Below, in pieces: positions 12,103-33,490 of a stretch of 64,000 bases of DNA. Below the pieces are notes generated by a model. It had not been told where the DNA came from and ran no database searches. It saw nothing but the letters and a program-made list of their open reading frames with translations. Both the position numbers and the translations under genes were made by a program. Numbering within the stretch: position 1 is the first letter of the stretch; each line of letters starts with the position of its first letter. The DNA is from Flaccisagitta enflata (lineage: Eukaryota): positions 18,972,001-19,036,000 of the forward strand of contig OZ231126.1 in the NCBI GenBank assembly GCA_965153355.1, written 5' to 3'.

Positions 12103-15100
12103 CTGACAGACAGACAGACAGACAGAGAGAGAGGCTGACAGACAGACAGACAGACAGAGAGAGGCTGACAGACAGACAGGCAAGCAGACAGACAGGCAAG
12201 CAGACAGACAGGCAAGCAGACAGACAGGCAAGCAGACAGACAGGCAAGCAGACAGACAGGCAAGCAGACAGACAGGCAAGCAGACAGACAGGCAAGCAGA
12301 CAGACAGGCAAGCAGACAGACAGGCAAGCAGAAAGACAGGCAAGCAGACAGACAGGCAAGCAGACAGACAGGCAAGCAGACAGACAGGCAAGCAGACAGA
12401 CAGGCAAGCAGACAGACAGGCAAGCAGACAGACAGGCAAGCAGACAGACAGGCAAGCAGACAGACAGGCAAGCAGACAGACAGGCAAGCAGACAGACAGG
12501 CAAGCAGACAGACAGGCAAGCAGACAGACAGGCAAGCAGAAAGACAGGCAAGCAGAAAGACAGATAAACACAACATAAGTAATAAAATTTAATGAATCAA
12601 ATCCTATGGGGTATACCAAAAAAGTTAGTAAAACAAAATGAGGCAGGGGCTTGATAAATATGTGTTGATGATTAGTATGCTTTGCCCCTACCTGCTGTAT
12701 AGTTTTTCTAGATATTTTTTTAGCACAATACACTAACGTGTATGAATCAATTAAAAGCAAATATATTTTCTAAAGAAATAACCATCTAGATGAGAGTTAA
12801 ACTTTTATCTGTTATTTTTTGTCTAGAATTGGCTTGGAAAGCATAGGAATTATAGCAAATCAGTTAAAAAGCCGTCGTGCTTAGATATGCTGTCGTGCTT
12901 GGAATAGGCTGTGAAGTCCCTAGGCTCCAAGCTGCCATACATCGCTGGAAGGGTGGATTAATCCATTTGAAAAAATCCTGGATTAATCCAAGTGGATAAA
13001 ATGGATTTTTTCAAAAAAAATTTTGAAAAAATCTGGATTTTTTCATATTTTTAATTTTTTTTTTGCAAAAATGACCCAACCTCTAAGGAAGATATTTTTC
13101 AATGATTTCAAGTCCTGCATTATTTTCTCACAGATTTTTTTCGGAAAAAATTTCTAAGACGATACAGATCTTTTGTTTCTTCCGGGTTTCCCCGCTTGGG
13201 CGAAGCTTTAATTCAAGTAGATTCGGGTTAAAATGTATAAGACCCAGCCCTCACCTAGCCCTAACGCTAGCCCTAACCCTAACCCTAACCCTAAAACCAC
13301 CCCCGACCCCAACCTTAACCCTAACCCTACCCCTAACCCTAAATAAAAAAAACGCTTAGAAAGTCAGTAAAACAAAAGACATCACCGATTTCGAAAACAG
13401 TACCTTTTTTTCTGTCTTTGAACGTAACAGGGCTTTTGTTTTTGAGAAAATTTCTCTTGGCCTAAAGCATCTCAAACTCTGTGTGATTGAATCCAGGATA
13501 CAGTAGAACGCTAGCAATCAATTTTAAGAATTACATTTTTTCAAGAATGCGCCATGCATATTATCTTATTAAATAGTTTTATTAAAGTTAAGTGTATCCT
13601 TTTATCATATCTAGGTGTACGTAATTTTTGCAGAAATACATCTTTGAACCGGAATAACTAGGCGTGAAAAACATTTCCACTGTTGCCTGTTGAACTGCTC
13701 TATATTCATTTTATTAATCATTTATCTGTTACTTATCACATTTAATCATTGTATGCCCTATATCAATATCATAACCAGTAGTTAATCACATCTTATGGCG
13801 CATTTTTGAAAAAATCCACCTATTGAAAAAATTCACGATTTTATCTGGATTAATCCAAAATGGATTAATCCAAATGGATTTTTTCAAATAAAATGGATTT
13901 TTAACAACCCTTTGTATTATATAAAATCAATATATAAAAATGTGTTTTGTAATAAATACTCATTTTGGTTTTTTTAAGAACTATATAATCAGATTAGGAT
14001 TTGATTTTAACAAGTGATATGCTGTTTTTCCACTTATCGACTCCTGCTCACGGATTAAGGGAACGATGGATCAATGGACCAACGGACCAATAGACCCACG
14101 AATGAACCAACTAAAAATTGCTTTAATATGGCTAATTGTATAGATTAGAATTTATATTTTTTATTTTGTATATACATGTTCTTTTTGATTTATTAGTTAA
14201 CCGTAGGGGGCGCTACACCTTTTGTTGGGTTACCTTCTTTTATGTCACTTTTGTCTGTAGTCTAGTCATACTTGTCCCTGAGATTGATATAGAAAATATT
14301 ATTCGTTATCATATGATGATCGGCATTAACAAAAATGGTGTAAAAAACTCATAACATATGGGAAAAACCGTGTTTTCCCTATCAGCGTCAACCCTTCTTT
14401 TGTGCGCATATATTCTATTGAAATGATAGTGTTATCTTCCGCCTAATGGTGATGAACTTTTTGCTGGAATCACTATTGGTTCTCCAGTTTGAAGCTGTCA
14501 TGTTTCATTCCTTCGCTCGTTTAAATTTTTCGCACGCCAGACATTGTTGGGAGGAACGTCAGTCCTACGCCGCGTCATTAATGGAGTGCGTTCGATTTCC
14601 GCTTCTCACGGGCGAGGAACTCGTCGACGTCGTGGAAAAGGAAGAATTCATGAGCGCTGATCCGGCGTGTCATAGACTGATCCTCGAAGCATACCAGTAC
14701 GCCATCTTGCCCAACCGACAACATTTGATGCAAACTATGAGGACGCAGGTGAGGTCGATTAGAGCTTGTAAATGGATGAAAATTGAATAATGAACGGGGT
14801 GTCGTCGGCGGTGATCATTTCCACAGAGGAGATAATCGCAAGTCTTTAAAAGAAATTCTGGAATTGTTTAAAATTTGGGCCTAGGGCGGCATTTTGTGAA
14901 AAATGGATGCGGATGTAAGTGTGGCACTAAGACAGTGGAACTCACGGAAATGGGTTTCCTTTTTGCTAGCAGGCCAGCATTTTCGTCATTGTCAAAAGTC
15001 CTCTCTGTTTTTGATGATCCCTAGGTGCGCGCCTCGCCTTCTTTGGTAGTGTTGGGCGGCCCGTGGGATTTCGTTCCCATATTCCCCTTCCCTCTTTCTT

Positions 15101-16562
15101 CGTCTCGGTCAAGCTCCACGTCGAGGTCGTTGGGCGTCAATCATCTTCAATGGCATCAAGGGCAGAACTCTATGGTGTACAAAACAAACGGCGCCGGAGT
15201 CACCACTTTGGACAATTACATCTTCCTCATCGGCGGACAGATTTCCCAGGAAGATCGCACCAAGTCGGGAGCATGTTTCCGGTAGGAGTGGCATTACGTG
15301 ATTACCTCTAATCAAAAATGCAATAGTGCAATAGGGCCGATGTTATCGGGTGTTAAATCAAGTTCGTCACGCGTTGACGTTGTGGAGGTTTTGCTCTTTT
15401 TTTTATCGCTGTAGTTGACATATATATATATAATAATTACCTAATCACCCACTTTAACCCTGGCTTCCTCAAAAGATACGACCCGCGCACGAACAAGTGG
15501 TTGACCCTTCGCTCGATGAATCGCGCTCGCGCTTTTCTCGCCGTCGTTACCAAAGACAAACGCATTTACGCCATCGGGGGTCAAGGCCGAGGTTCTCGAC
15601 CCAAATCCTCCTGCGAGATGTACGACTCTATCTCCGGAGAATGGAGCCCCATCGCCACTTTGCCGCAATACGCTCTTCTGGCATCAGCGTGCAATTATCG
15701 CAACACCATTTACGTGTCAGGTAAACGACGAATTCTTGGTATCAATACCGTTCATGAGCGATGGATGTTGGGGGCGTTGTAGCGTTGTTGCTTTATATGG
15801 TTGTTTTTCGTGGAGTAAAATTGGTACTGATCAAAAATGTCATGGTAGAATTAGAACTTTAGAAGACTATGTAAACTACTTATTGAGTTGAAGTGTTTCA
15901 GCTAGGTTTAAGTTGACTCTGACCCGTAAATTTACTTCCTCGCTCTTGATCTCCCTTGCCTTTGCCTTCTTCCAGGTGGTCACCCCGACGCTGGAATACT
16001 GAAGCTCACGAGTGACAACACCTGGGAACACGTTGCCGCACTGCCTGAGGCCCGGTACAGGCACACGATGCTGGGGGCCGGAAATTCGCTTTACATAATT
16101 GGTTAGTCATTAAGTATCATCTGCGAGCTATGGTATTTCCTTTTCGCAACAATTGTCTCTGACATCCGCGCTTATATTGTCTTCTAATTGGTCTACCGTG
16201 ATATGTTTAGGCGCTACTGCGACTGAAATGAACATGCCTTTGAATGTTAATCAAACATAAAATAAGAATTAATTCATGGCTCAATGAAAGCGTAATGACA
16301 TATCCCTTCAATTCCCATGTCTATCCCTAGGTGGTCGAGCAATTAAACACGTCGGAGGTCGTCGCCAGTACCCCGTCCCGAACACGATCGTTTCCTACAA
16401 CTTGGACACCTCCTCCTGGTCGTCTTTCAGTCTTCAACCGGGTCCTTCCACGCCGCTCGATCCCGCCGCTGGACCGCCTCCGTTCGATCAGGCTCTGATC
16501 AACGGCAATCGTATGACACTTTTCTCTCATCCTTTGCTGAAGGCATTCCACGTCAACAGCAG
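5131..16562 (+). CDS. Kelch-like (BTB-BACK-Kelch) protein, multi-exon; 3' end uncertain
   Basis: Phase-consistent GT-AG exons: 5131-5338, 5752-5995, 6141-6538, 6670-6900, 7983-8390, 10439-10634 (BTB: LCDFTLIADGQHFPVHKIVLCASS), 10852-11029 (DYFRAMFT...LLNFIYTG), 11274-11436 (NCVDVLGLAELYSL), 11527-11656 (BACK: EVEVFQVAVKWL), 14541-14748 (VRFPLL), 15025-15281, 15476-15720 (YDPRTNKW, IYAIGG), 15976-16101, 16331-16562. The gene may end by read-through to the stop at 16602 or via a candidate exon 17725-17785. Confidence 0.9.
6901..7960 (+). repeat. Pyrimidine-rich low-complexity intron with internal duplications
   Basis: Almost entirely C/T on the + strand, with ~26-bp repeats at 6910-7040 and larger duplicated blocks (for example ~7270-7460 vs ~7620-7810). 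Confidence 0.8.
8592..10058. mobile_element. Non-autonomous hAT-type element with 8-bp TSD, hosting a nested MITE and HINE
   Basis: TIRs CAAGGCCGGGCGATT / AATCGCCCGGGCTTG. TSD GTACCGTG at 8584-8591 and 10059-10066. Confidence 0.85.
9738..9914 (+). mobile_element. HINE/DINE-1-like family B (GCGGACACGC/CGCGTGCACGCG hairpin, (GTCC)n, ...GTATCCGGCCTTGTT end)
   Basis: The same architecture occurs at ~19515-19654, 34136, 43208-43590, 47683-48047, 49760-49920, 51010-51300, 51778-52013, 57816-58015 and 62221-62345, inserted in T runs. Confidence 0.7.
11909..12947. mobile_element. Inner hAT-type element carrying (GA)n and a 16-bp (GACAGACAGGCAAGCA)n array
   Basis: Perfect 15-bp TIR CAGCGATGTATGGCA / TGCCATACATCGCTG. 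8-bp TSD GAAGGGTG at 11901-11908 and 12948-12955. Confidence 0.9.
13247..13342. repeat. Degenerate (CCCTAA)n telomere-like tract
   Basis: CCCTAACCCTAACCCTAACCCTAA and variants, inside the outer hAT element. Confidence 0.75.
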
Positions 16563-16732
16563 GTGCGACCGTGTGAATATATTAAATTGTTTCGTTACCT
16601 GATTACGTGGTCTTGTCAACCGGCTGAAGGGAGATGTTATCCAAGAGGGCAAAAATGATTGTGAATTGCGTTAAGCAATTCACTTTGACTCCGCTCCATG
16701 GCTTTTATTGTCCATTATTTTTTTTTTCTTCC

Positions 16733-17120
16733 GGCTATGCCGTTTTTCCCTCAAAAGTGGGTTTTGGCTATGCCGTTTTTCCTTACCTATTTTCACACTA
16801 AAAGTGGGTTTTGGCTATGCCGTTTTTCCCCTATCTATTTTCAATACAAAAAATGGGGTTTGGCTATGCCGTTTTTCCCATAAAAGCGGGTTTTGGCTAT
16901 GCCGTTTTTCCCTTACCTATTTTCACACTAAAAGTGGGTTTTGGCTATGCCGTTTTTCCCCTATTTATTTTCAATACATAAATGGGGTTTGGCTATGCCG
17001 TTTTTCCCTCAAAAGCGGGTTTTGGCTATGCCGTTTTTCCCTTACCTATTTTCACACTAAAAGTGGGTTTTGGCTATGCCGTTTTTCCTTCAAATATTTC
17101 CATGATAAAAGAGGGTTTTG
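16733..17120. repeat. Tandem array of GGTTTTGGCTATGCCGTTTTTCC (x9), ~129-bp higher-order unit
   Basis: The motif recurs with ~32 and ~48 bp spacing. A perfect hairpin GTGAATTGC-GTTAA-GCAATTCAC precedes it at 16661-16683. Confidence 0.85.
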
Positions 17121-17309
17121 ATGTATGATTCAGGTTACTAGATCACTTAAAATGTACAAAATCATGATAAGTTTTTCATTTATAATTTTTTCTTCATTAT
17201 CTTGAGTTTAAAAGTGATTCTTTTATTTCATCCAAAAAATGCAGTTATATAATTTCTATTATACAATAAAAATTATTATCATTCTGTCAAAAACACATGC
17301 AATTCACAT

Positions 17310-17643
17310 GTTTGGCGACAGCCACTGGTTGTGTTGGTGCTGGTGAATCACCAGTGGTGATGGATTGATCATTGAGGCTTTGGTGGAAATGATTGGAATG
17401 GGCGGAAATGATTGACGGATTGATGCTAGCTCAACAAGCAGTATTGAAGTCTACCTAGATATCTGGCCCAGATAATCTGGGTAATGTGACCAAGAACGCC
17501 GTATCTTACTCCTGTATTATTATCGGAAGCCCCGGCTTAAGCGTGATCCCCCCTCCCCTACTATACCATTGCGCTGCTGTGTAACCATTTTGCCCCATGG
17601 AAGGAATAAATCTTGTTTTCATTTTCATTTTCATTTTCATTTC
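17310..17643 (+). mobile_element. Probable 3' end of a non-LTR retrotransposon
   Basis: AATAAA at 17605-17610 is followed closely by a (TTTTCA)n short-repeat tail. Confidence 0.35.
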
Positions 17644-17812
17644 CTATCTTGGAAATGACTTATCTTCATGACTTCTGACTTATCTTCATGTAAGATTGTC
17701 ATGGGCTCCGAGTTTTGTCTACAGATTCAATGATAATACAATGAGAGGGGCAGCAAAATCGCTAGCACCCCTACCCACAGCTTAGATCGGTAATGACACA
17801 AAGACAACTAAG

Positions 17813-18433
17813 CACAGTCGCCCAGAGCTTGACACCAGTTGACCTGAAATGATCGCCACCAACTTCAGTGGTTACCTGACCCTGATGGTGCATAGATTAC
17901 ATTTCTAGAAAAAATAGAATCTGTTTTGGGGCGCTTTTTAAGATATCTAAAAAAATAGTACTATTTTACTATGTTTCTTATCATAACTCTTTGTGATGAA
18001 TTCTTTTGATAATTCTGACTGCAGATTTGATTTCAGATGATAGTTTCCGGTTCATTTGATATGTCACACTATATACTTTTGCAAAAGAAATAAAAAGTTA
18101 AATTTTGCTATTTAATATTGTTTTATATAGTAATGTGATCAAAAAATAAGCTTTTATTTCTTTTGCAAAAGTATATAGTGTGACATATCAAACGAACTGG
18201 AAACTATCATCTGATATCAAATCTGCAGTCAAAATTATCAAAAAAATTTATCACAAAGAATTATGGTAAAAAATATAGTGAAATAATGCTATTTATTTAG
18301 ATATCTTAAAAATCGCCCCAAAACAGATTTCATTTATTTTAGAAATGTAATCTATGCACCATCAGGTCATGAAACCACTAAAGTTGGTGACGATCATTTC
18401 AGGTCAACTGGCGTCAAGCTCTGGGCGACTGTG
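17813..18433. mobile_element. Palindromic (foldback) MITE with CACAGTC termini and 4-bp TSD (Chapaev/CMC-like)
   Basis: ~285-bp imperfect inverted arms CACAGTCGCCCAGAGCTTGAC...GTCAAGCTCTGGGCGACTGTG. TAAG is duplicated at 17809-17812 and 18434-18437. Confidence 0.9.
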
Positions 18434-19677
18434 TAAGGTGGCAGCTGGAAGCTTATCCCAAAACAATTCCCGCCATCAAGGCGTTTTTCGAATTGCCTTC
18501 TCATTCTATAGAAAATGGTCATAAAAGAGTGCTTATCACAGAGAAATTCGCGATTTCTCTACATCGTGGCCGTCATTGTCTTTTTGTCTGTTGAACTGGT
18601 AGTCAACCTAGGGGATATTTTCTCCTAACCTTTCCCTATGGCAGACGGTCCCCCTCAGCTGGTAGAGCCCAAAGCCCCTTCACAGCCCTCACCCTCCTAC
18701 CTCAGAGACTCACCCCAATCCCCAATCACCCGAACCTCCCCATTATCTCCCCCCAAGCTGTGCCCGAATCCTGCGGCAGGCCTACAGCCAATCAGACATC
18801 ACTGCGCCACTAGATAGAGAGGTGGCGGCGCGGTAAGAGAAGATGAGGAAGGGGAAGATATTCCCTCCCCATGGAAGAGCGGAAGAGGATCTGGAGGGGG
18901 TAAGGATGTAGCCTCTGTGGATTTTGACTTCTGAATAGACTCCTACCTTTGCTATCATCTTATTTTTCTCTTCCTTTAAGGGGGGGTGCTGTCCCTCAGG
19001 GAAGGAGGGACAGAAGATTTAGAAGAGGACAGCAGATACAATGCTTGGGCAGATAGAAGTTTAGGCAGGGGAAAGGAACTTCAAGTAGGGTTAAGCCTCA
19101 AGACCCAAGGTGGCCCCCAATTAAACTTAAGCATCGAACCCCCTTTATTTTCTTTTAAACCCCGGGAATTAAATAAATATTTTACTGAAATGAGCGCAAT
19201 GGGCGGGGCTTGAGATAGGAAGGATCTTGTGACTTAGAATCCTCTTTCACTCCTTTTTTCCGCTCCTCTTTCTCTGTTTCTTCTTTCTCGAATCGGATTT
19301 ATCATCGTCGACAAAAGAGACAAAAGGAAAGCTGAGGGAAGCGTTCCGTCTATCTCTATTGGTCCGTCGGTCCTTCGTTTTCTTTTCTCGGCTCTTATTG
19401 CATTTTCGTCCGACGGCTCTCCTGATTTCATCATTTTCTCCCGTAATTTCGTCGTTTCCTTTTCTCCTATATTTTCATCATTTTCTCCAGTTTTTTTCGT
19501 CTCCTTTTCATTTCTAGTCGCGGACACGCGTTTCTACACCCTGCCGTCGGTCGGTCCGTCGGTCGGTCGGTCACATTTCTGAATTGCGAGCGATTTTCGT
19601 ATTACTGCTCCTGCCCAACCATCCGCGACTGGATTGCCGTGTATCCGGCCTTGTTTTTTTCGTATGTTGTCATTTTC

Positions 19678-27370
<7,693 letters not shown>

Positions 27371-27849
27371 CTCTCGAATCGGTTGTAGTCACCAGCAGAG
27401 TTTTGACGGCATTTATAGCTACACCTTATAGCATGGGGAGGGTGGCCTTAGTCGCATGTCACGCAACCCCATGGGCCACTTTTCGATCCGTCAGTCTTTT
27501 CGTCCGGCGGTCGGTCGGTGGCGGGGTCGTTATGGGGGTTTTAAAATAATACTGGGCTGGACATATGCTTGCGTGGGACATCGCCCATACAACTGTTTTC
27601 CCCATCGCTTGTTTCGCCTGCAGCGCGTAGACCCCCCCCACTTCTAACCGGACTCAAATAATCTGCAACCCTGCCTCTCTCTCACTCTCCCTCACTCCGT
27701 CGTTGTCGATGCATAACAGTTAATGATTAAGGGTGGTTGACCGTTGATGTTATTATTAATAATCGAAATAATTGAGTAAGATTGGCCGTTTTCTGTCTAT
27801 CCAAAAATTAAGCCTTTGTTATATTATTTCTATATCACGAAATAATGCT

Positions 27850-29600
<1,751 letters not shown>

Positions 29601-30713
29601 TTTAGAAGGTTTTTTTTCATACGGTGCATTAGTTATTCCTTTTTTTTTCAGACTTTAAGAGTCTCAGTTTTGTAGGCAAACTTGTTTTTTTTAAATATCG
29701 TATTGTTGGCATTGCAGGGGAGAGTTAACAGCAAACAATTTAACAGCAAACAAATTAACGGTCAACGGGGATTAATATGGGTTTTTTAGGTGGGGTCGAT
29801 GATTAATAAATCCAGTGACTGTTGGCATCGATAACGGTCGGCGTTTCCTCTTTAACTCAGCCTCCCCCCACCCCCCCCCCAACTCCCTCGTATATTAACC
29901 TCCCAACCCAGCGAGCTCTCATCCTTATCACGAACCCCGGCAGACCTGAATAGAGGTAACCTACTAGTATTGGCCTCTCGCCTCTTCGGTACTCAGAATA
30001 ACGTCCAACCCCCACCCTCTTTCCTTTTTTTTCCTTACTTTTCACTCTCATCAGAACCCCTCAAAACCTAACGAGGTCGTTAAGTCACCGTTCAACCGAG
30101 ACGAAAAAAGAGCAAAGCGTCAGGAAGTACAAAAGCTTTAAGTACGGGAGGAGGGACAAGGAGGAGTCGAAAAGACATAGCAGATGGGACTCATGAGATC
30201 ATAAAATAAAACTCACACGAGTCCGCGACCTACGAGGACCGCCTTTATTACGAAAGAGACACTAAAATTTTGGCGCATATTAGTGTAGACAGTTTTTTTT
30301 CTTTCTTCTGTTTATAATTCCTTAGAATGCTGGAATAAGGGGAGCATCATTGGCGACGGGCGGTAGAAATACATAGGGAATCTTACGTTTTAGTGGTTAT
30401 CATTTACATTGTCATTGGTTCTACTCTTCCTACATATTTTAAGGAATTGGTAATTTACCTTTTCCGAATTAAATAACCCTAGCCAAAGGAGCCCCTAAGG
30501 AGCCCCCTCCTCCCACTTTTGGGCCCTCAACCTCGTAAGGCGGCCAACAAATTAAGTTTCTCACTTCAGCCAGAGACATCAGCTGACCAATGTCTAGGAG
30601 TCTAGCCAGTTCTACACGTGGATAAGTTTCCCAAACGTGTGAAGAGGGCATACTTAACCGACGTACCCCCATATCCCCTACACAAATTCATCCCCCTTTT
30701 CTTACAGCTGTTA

Positions 30714-30799
<86 letters not shown>

Positions 30800-31184
30800 A
30801 CACACACACTCTCTCTCTCTTAACCCCCCCCCCTCCTCCCTCTTAAGAATAACCAGCCGCATTTGCTGCGGACCTACTTTCGACCCGAACACCCCACCCC
30901 GAAATAAAACCGCTTCGCTGCACGCAGAATTCCTTTCACCGCTTTCACCGTTTTCACTCAAGGATCATCCCTTTTCTTAGGGCAAAAGCCGACAGACGGC
31001 TGTTGACGGGGAGGACAAAGGCAGTAGGAGCGAGGAGCTAGATCAAAGTTTAGGGCCAGACACTTGTCTTAAGTGCCGACATATTACTGATTTTCTCTCT
31101 GTGTCGCAGTCTCTCCGCCTCTTTTCCCCCCATCTTACGCTTTCCTCCTTTACTAACCTCTTTGCCTTTCCTTTCATCTCGCAA

Positions 31185-31254
31185 AACAACATCAACAACA
31201 ACGACAACAACAACAACAACAACAACAACAACCCCGACAACAACAACAACCCCG

Positions 31255-31342
<88 letters not shown>

Positions 31343-31767
31343 CGACCAAACAACGACATTCGAACGAATCAATTTTCGTCTTCATTTTCCCTTTTCTTTT
31401 AGTTCTCTTCTTCTTCTTCTTCTTCTTCTTCTTCTTCTTCTTCTTCTTCTTCTTCTTCTTCTTCTTCTTTTCTTTTCTTCTTCTTCTTCTTCTTCTTCTT
31501 CTTCTTCTTTTTCTTCTTCTCCTTCTTTTCCTTTTTCTTCATCTTTTTTTTTTTCTCCTTTCCTTTTTTTTCTTTCTTCCCTTTTCTTCCTCCGATCAGT
31601 TTCCTCATTTCTTTCACTCCCTTTTATTTCCATACGGTTTTTAATTCCTTTTTCTTCTTCTTCTTCTTCTTCTTCTTCTTCTTCTTCTTCTTCTTCTTCT
31701 TCTTCTTCTTCTTCTTCTTCTTCTTCTTCTTTTTCTTTCCTTTTTCCTTTTTTCGCCGTTTCTTCTT

Positions 31768-31838
<71 letters not shown>

Positions 31839-31850
31839 CTTTCTCTCTCT
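31185..31850. repeat. (AAC)n, (CTT)n and (CT)n microsatellites
   Basis: Seen directly. Confidence 0.95.
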
Positions 31851-31915
31851 CGGAAAGAAGTACAACGGCAACAACCACAACAACATAACAACAACCACAA
31901 CTATAACAAGACAAC

Positions 31916-32173
31916 ATGACGTCTAGTCAGGAGGAAAAGATCGCCAGACTGAATGAAAGGATAAAAGAACTTGAGAAAGAGAACAACAAATTAGCTAGTA
32001 AATATAGGGCCAGCAGAGATAGGACGGCAAAGATAGCCTGGCTCCTGTCTAATATAGTCGCGGTTGCAGAGAGCAGATGGGGAGGATATAAAATGGCTGA
32101 TGGGGAGGCGGCACTTAGTCTTAGAAAGCATTTGAAAGGGATCAGACTAGGAGTAGACCTGTTAACGAAATGA
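31916..32173 (+). CDS. Small coiled-coil hypothetical protein (85 aa)
   Basis: ATG in ACAACATGA context and heptad-like IARLNERIKELEKENNKL. Non-repetitive, and co-oriented with the downstream cassette. The stop region is tandemly duplicated (~49 bp). Confidence 0.45.
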   Translation: MTSSQEEKIARLNERIKELEKENNKLASKYRASRDRTAKIAWLLSNIVAVAESRWGGYKMADGEAALSLRKHLKGIRLGVDLLTK

Positions 32174-33053
32174 AACGACAAATTTAGTGGAAGACTAGGA
32201 GTAGACCCGTTAACGAAATGAAACGACAAATTTAGTGACGCTGCAAGCAACCCTGTGTGGCCGATCGGTCTGGCGGTCGGTCGGTCGGTCGATTCATCTA
32301 GGGGTAAAACGGTCAACCTGCTAACCTGTCCAATAATCATTTGGGTTTTCCTGTCTTGCTCTAAATCATTTTGGGCGCTCCTCCTTTTGGGCTATTCGTA
32401 TCACTTTGGTCTTTAATTTGTTTAAATTTTCCTCACTCGTTTTTTTTTAACACTTCTAAGTTTTGGCTCTAGTAGCGCACTCATGCCGCATCATTCTGAA
32501 TCTCTAGGACACACAAAAAAAAGGAATTACTTACTTGAAAACGCGACTTTAATATCATTTTGATCACCTTAGGCTATATTCTTCCGGACACTGCAAGTCT
32601 ACTCAGGCCTTTTATGTTTTCTTGTTTAGCCTTATTATCTCATGTTATCTGAAGTCTTTCCTTTTCCCTGAGTCTGATTAGTTATCCGGAATAATTTTGG
32701 GCTTTTGTTTTAATTTTAATTTTAATTTTTCTTTTTTCATTTTGCGTGATCTTTAAGTCCTCTCAAATCATTTAAAGTCATTTTAGTCATTCTTTGTCTT
32801 TCTCAATTTTTTCTTGAGTCATTATAAGTTATTCTAAGTCTTTCAAGTCATAGTTTTACCTTCATTGTTTTGTCTTTATTAGCCTTTTGCATACATCATT
32901 TTTGATACCTTTTTTAAGTCGTTTTTTTAGTCATTTTAGTCATTCTTGGTCTTTCTCAATTTGTTTTTTTTAAATCATTATAAGTTATTCTAAGTCTTTA
33001 AAGTCATGGTTTTGCCTTCGTTGCTTGGTCTTTATTAGCATTTTACATCATAA

Positions 33054-33490
33054 TACACTTTTTTATAAGAACATCATTTTCTTTTCGGAGGCTTTATATT
33101 CTTATTTTTTTTTTAGCCAAATGAAGCTTTCAACGTTCTTAGGGTGTTCTTAATCAAAAAAAAAATATACTATAAAACTATGAGGAACTTAATGAATACT
33201 ATTATTTATTGATATCATATATATTTTCTTTTAAATGTTAGTAAAACAAAAGCTAAATATTGAAATCTAAAGATATTTTTATGATATTTAAATTAAGAAT
33301 TATATAATATCTTTTAAATTTTAACAAAATTCAAGTGTTTTTTATAATTTTCCTATAATATTACCTTTCGCGAGAATTCTTTTTTCAAGATTTGAAGCCT
33401 TGGTATGTTCTTAAGATGTTCTTAAATTTGGGGCCATTCAAAGCCTTGATGTTCTTATAAGCTAGGTTCTTATATATAAAAGAAAGTGTA
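33054..33490. mobile_element. TA-flanked MITE
   Basis: TACACTTTTTTATAAGAAC...AAAGTGTA. Confidence 0.75.

Larger units (their letters stand above)
11893..13912. mobile_element. Outer hAT-type non-autonomous element in KLHL intron 9
   Basis: Termini CAGGGTTG / CAACCCTT. 8-bp TSD TGTATTAT at 11885-11892 and 13913-13920. GGATTAATCC motifs near both ends. Confidence 0.8.

Noticed and set aside
13247-13342. (CCCTAA)n as a chromosome end or herpesvirus telomeric integration mark
   Set aside because: Short, degenerate and internal to a TSD-bounded transposon in an intron.
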